DNA of 64,000 nucleotides from Eubacterium sp. MSJ-33. GTDB lineage: Bacteria; Bacillota; Clostridia; Lachnospirales; Lachnospiraceae. Location: positions 1 to 64,000 of the forward strand of contig NZ_CP076562.1 in NCBI RefSeq assembly GCF_022174665.1. Reading direction: 5' to 3'. The position numbers and the translations under genes were made by a program. Within the stretch, counting starts at the first letter, position 1, and each line of letters begins with the position of its first letter. This document shows, piece by piece, positions 61,402 through 64,000 of this stretch. The notes below the pieces were generated by a model. That model saw nothing but the letters and a program-made list of their open reading frames with translations, did no database searches and had not been told where the DNA came from.

Positions 61402-62214
61402 ATGCCATCTACGTATGCACATTACCGTATGGGGCAGGAAGTGATGGAACAGGTTTCCAGCCCTGCCCGCAACATCATTATGAAACATAAACAGCTCTAT
61501 GATATAGGTCTGCATGGACCAGATATTCTGTTTTACTATCATCCGTTAGTAACGAATCCAGTCAATGCAATCGGGTATGGGCTGCACGATCATTCTGGAA
61601 AATATTTCTTTGCCAAGGCGGCTGAGATCATAGAGATGGTATCGAATAAGGAAGCAGCACTTGCCTATATCTATGGATTCATCTGTCATTTTGCCTTGGA
61701 TTCCACCTGTCATGGATACATCGACGAGAAGATTGCGCAGAGCGGTGTATCCCATACAGAGATTGAAGTGGAATTTGACCGGAGTCTGATGATTGAAGAT
61801 GGGAAAGATCCGGTTCGTCAGGATCTGACAAAGCACATCATCCCATCCCTAGAAAATGCAGAAGTGATTGCTCCATTCTTTCAAGGAGCCAGTCCCAAAC
61901 AGGTAAAGAAAGCGTTGAAAGGAATGATCTGGTACAATCATTTGCTGCTCGCACCTTCCAAATTAAAAAGATCGCTGATTTATACCATACTTCGGCTGTC
62001 TGGAAATTATAAAGAAATGCATGGATTGCTGGTGAATTTTAAAGCAAATCCGGCATGTGAGGACAGCACAGTGAAGCTGCATCAGTTGTACGCTGTGGCC
62101 AAGAGCCGGGCAGTTACGTTGATTGATGAGTACGTAAAGCATCTGTCGGAGAAAGAGGCGTTGAATGCACTCTATAATTATACATTCAGCGGCAAAGAGA
62201 AGGAGGCACAGTAA
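61402..62214 (+). CDS. zinc-dependent phospholipase C-like family protein
   Basis: N-terminal MPSTYAHY...GLHGPD pattern resembling Firmicute Zn-PLC-like family. Confidence 0.45.
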   Translation: MPSTYAHYRMGQEVMEQVSSPARNIIMKHKQLYDIGLHGPDILFYYHPLVTNPVNAIGYGLHDHSGKYFFAKAAEIIEMVSNKEAALAYIYGFICHFALDSTCHGYIDEKIAQSGVSHTEIEVEFDRSLMIEDGKDPVRQDLTKHIIPSLENAEVIAPFFQGASPKQVKKALKGMIWYNHLLLAPSKLKRSLIYTILRLSGNYKEMHGLLVNFKANPACEDSTVKLHQLYAVAKSRAVTLIDEYVKHLSEKEALNALYNYTFSGKEKEAQ

Positions 62215-62230
62215 CGTGAAGACGAAAATG

Positions 62231-63499
62231 TCAAAGGCTGAGAGAAACTGGGTGTTGTACGACGTGGGAAATTCTGCATTTGTATTGCTTGTGTCAACGA
62301 TCATGCCAATCTATTTTAATTACCTGGCTGGAAATGCAGGACTCTCATCGGTCGATTATCTTGCGTATTGGGGATATGCGACATCGGCGGCAACGATCAT
62401 TGTAGCATTGCTCGGACCGGTATTTGGAACATTAGCAGACACAAAAGGCTTGAAGAAACCAATCTTTACCGCAACGATGCTGATTGGTGGAATCGGATGT
62501 CTGGCACTTGGATTCGCAAGACAGTGGATGGTCTTTCTGCTCATCTATATTATTGCGAAGACTGGATTCTCCGGCAGCCTGATCTTCTATGATTCGATGC
62601 TTGGCGATATCACGACCGAAGACCGGATGGATAATGTATCTTCACAGGGCTATGCCTGGGGCTATATTGGAAGCTGTGTGCCGTTTGTCTTATGTCTGGG
62701 AATTGTGCTCGGTGCAGGGAAGATTGGAATCAGTATGGAGCTTGCGATGATGATTTCATTTGCAATCGTTGCGGTCTGGTGGATCGGCGCGACAATTCCG
62801 CTTCTTAAGATCTATAAGCAGAAACATTATGTGGAACGGCAGCCGAGGGCAATTCGGAACAGCTTCAAGCGCCTCGGTGTCACTCTGAAAAATGTAAGAA
62901 ACGAGAAGAAAATATTTCTGTTCCTGCTGGCATTTTTCTTTTACATTGATGGTGTCTACACGATCATTGATATGGCAACCGCCTATGGAACTGCGCTCGG
63001 ATTTGACAGTACGAAACTGCTTCTGGCACTGCTTGTCACACAGATCGTAGCATTTCCTTTTGCAATCATATTCGGCAGATTATCTACCCGCTATAAAACA
63101 GAACGACTCATTACGATCTGTATTGCCGCGTATCTAGGCATCGCTGTATTCGCAATCTTCCTGAAGGAGCAGTGGCAGTTTTGGATTCTGGCGATTCTGG
63201 TTGGCATGTTCCAGGGCGGAATTCAGGCGTTGTCCAGATCGTATTTCGCCAAGGTCATCCCACCAGAAAAATCGGGCGAATATTTCGGATTGATGGACAT
63301 ATGCGGAAAAGGCGCATCCTTCCTTGGAACAACCGTGATCAGCCTGATCTCACAGGTTACCGGCAAGGTAAATATCGGCGTAGGCGCGATTTCCGTGTTC
63401 TTTGTCCTTGGAATGATCGTGTTCCGAATGGCAACCGCGGAGGAGAAGGGAGAAGTAAGGAACGTGGAGATGAGATTGGGGGAAGATGGGGTGTCTTGA
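62231..63499 (+). CDS. MFS transporter
   Basis: 12 predicted TM segments, MFS-type loop motifs. Confidence 0.65.
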   Translation, partial: SKAERNWVLYDVGNSAFVLLVSTIMPIYFNYLAGNAGLSSVDYLAYWGYATSAATIIVALLGPVFGTLADTKGLKKPIFTATMLIGGIGCLALGFARQWMVFLLIYIIAKTGFSGSLIFYDSMLGDITTEDRMDNVSSQGYAWGYIGSCVPFVLCLGIVLGAGKIGISMELAMMISFAIVAVWWIGATIPLLKIYKQKHYVERQPRAIRNSFKRLGVTLKNVRNEKKIFLFLLAFFFYIDGVYTIIDMATAYGTALGFDSTKLLLALLVTQIVAFPFAIIFGRLSTRYKTERLITICIAAYLGIAVFAIFLKEQWQFWILAILVGMFQGGIQALSRSYFAKVIPPEKSGEYFGLMDICGKGASFLGTTVISLISQVTGKVNIGVGAISVFFVLGMIVFRMATAEEKGEVRNVEMRLGEDGVS

Positions 63500-63641
63500 G
63501 GGGGGAGGGGAAGAGAATATTTTGTAGGGATGGTTACAGGGAGTCGAGAAATCTCACATTATCTAACTTTTTATAATCAATACAAACGTATTGAAACAGT
63601 AATGACATAGCATTATAATAAAGAAAATAAATGGAAGTGAG

Positions 63642-63932
63642 GTGCGGAATATGGCTAGTATAATTCAGGTTAGAGTAGAAGACGAGTTAAAAAGCAAATC
63701 AGATGCTTTGTTTAAAGATTTGGGTACAGATACTACAACAGCAATCAGAATGTTTTTAACACAGGCTGTTGCAACAAACGGATTTCCTTTTGAAATAAAA
63801 AGGCAAACAAATCCATATGCACCGATGACCGAGAAAGAGATGCTTGCAAAGTTGGAAAAGTCAAGAGAGCAGGGAATGTTCAGGGATGCAGATTGTGTGA
63901 TTTCTGATATGAGGGCAAAGTATGGATTATAA
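63642..63932 (+). CDS. RelB/DinJ-family type II antitoxin
   Basis: IQVRVEDELKSKSDALFKDLGTDTTTAIRMFLTQAV RHH-type DinJ pattern. Confidence 0.75.
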   Translation: MRNMASIIQVRVEDELKSKSDALFKDLGTDTTTAIRMFLTQAVATNGFPFEIKRQTNPYAPMTEKEMLAKLEKSREQGMFRDADCVISDMRAKYGL

Positions 63933-64000
63933 GATAGTTTTGATGCGGGATGCAGAGGAAGATCTTGATAGATTCATCACATATCTTTTGTTTGAAAAGA
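63925..64000 (+). CDS. RelE/YafQ/ParE-like toxin, 5' fragment (runs off window)
   Basis: ATG overlaps antitoxin stop (ATGGATTATAA); MDYKIVLMRDAEEDLDRFI typical toxin N-terminus. Confidence 0.4.

Overview
This 64-kb window comes from a low-GC Firmicute. Gene content and usage look Clostridia/Lachnospiraceae-like: pflB-pflA, hcp, a T-box leader on thrS, a YesMN-type two-component pair, Met and amino-acid ABC importers. Almost all genes sit on the + strand. The flanks (1-16 kb and 35-64 kb) carry ordinary transport, regulation and metabolism genes: a MATE efflux pump, GlnQ-like amino-acid uptake, two paralogous MacB/FtsX ABC modules (one with an OmpR/HK pair, one with AraC), hcp, thrS, cls, YesMN, pdxK, pflBA, metNIQ, an aminotransferase, a small type II R-M pair, BMP lipoprotein, MCP, MFS and relBE. 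Two things stand out. First, a ~145-bp MITE-like element with terminal inverted repeats occurs twice in inverted orientation (4455-4600 and 12619-12763), bracketing an ~8-kb block. Copy B sits between the thrS T-box leader and the thrS start codon. Second, an ~19-kb visibly AT-rich accessory island (about 16.1-35.05 kb) lies between cls and yesM. It opens with a Hin/Gin-like serine recombinase and holds 13 tightly packed co-directional genes with no housekeeping function. The island looks like at least two conflict/defence-like modules that I cannot assign to a named system. The first (17.2-24.1 kb) is RHH regulator, then a triple-Zn-ribbon SPFH/band-7 protein with a C-terminal Zn-ribbon triplet, a 4-TM protein, a Zn-ribbon-TIR-TM receptor-like protein with the catalytic-Glu motif, an 810-aa coiled-coil/wHTH protein, and a 39-aa Zn-ribbon ORF. 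The second (24.2-35.0 kb) is a 1050-aa DUF6273-like protein whose N-terminus (MKIRTDFVTNSSSSSF) is duplicated as an orphan 24-codon ORF just after a radical-SAM/SPASM-like gene with non-canonical Cys spacing, then a HEPN(Rx4H)-ParB/DUF262-like fusion, a 972-aa protein with three RNAP alpha-CTD-like repeats plus a sigma-70 region-4 HTH, a HIRAN protein, and a HipA-like kinase behind a TGCTAGCA palindrome pair. No CRISPR, rRNA or tRNA was seen. All domain calls are by eye against remembered motifs; no searches were run.
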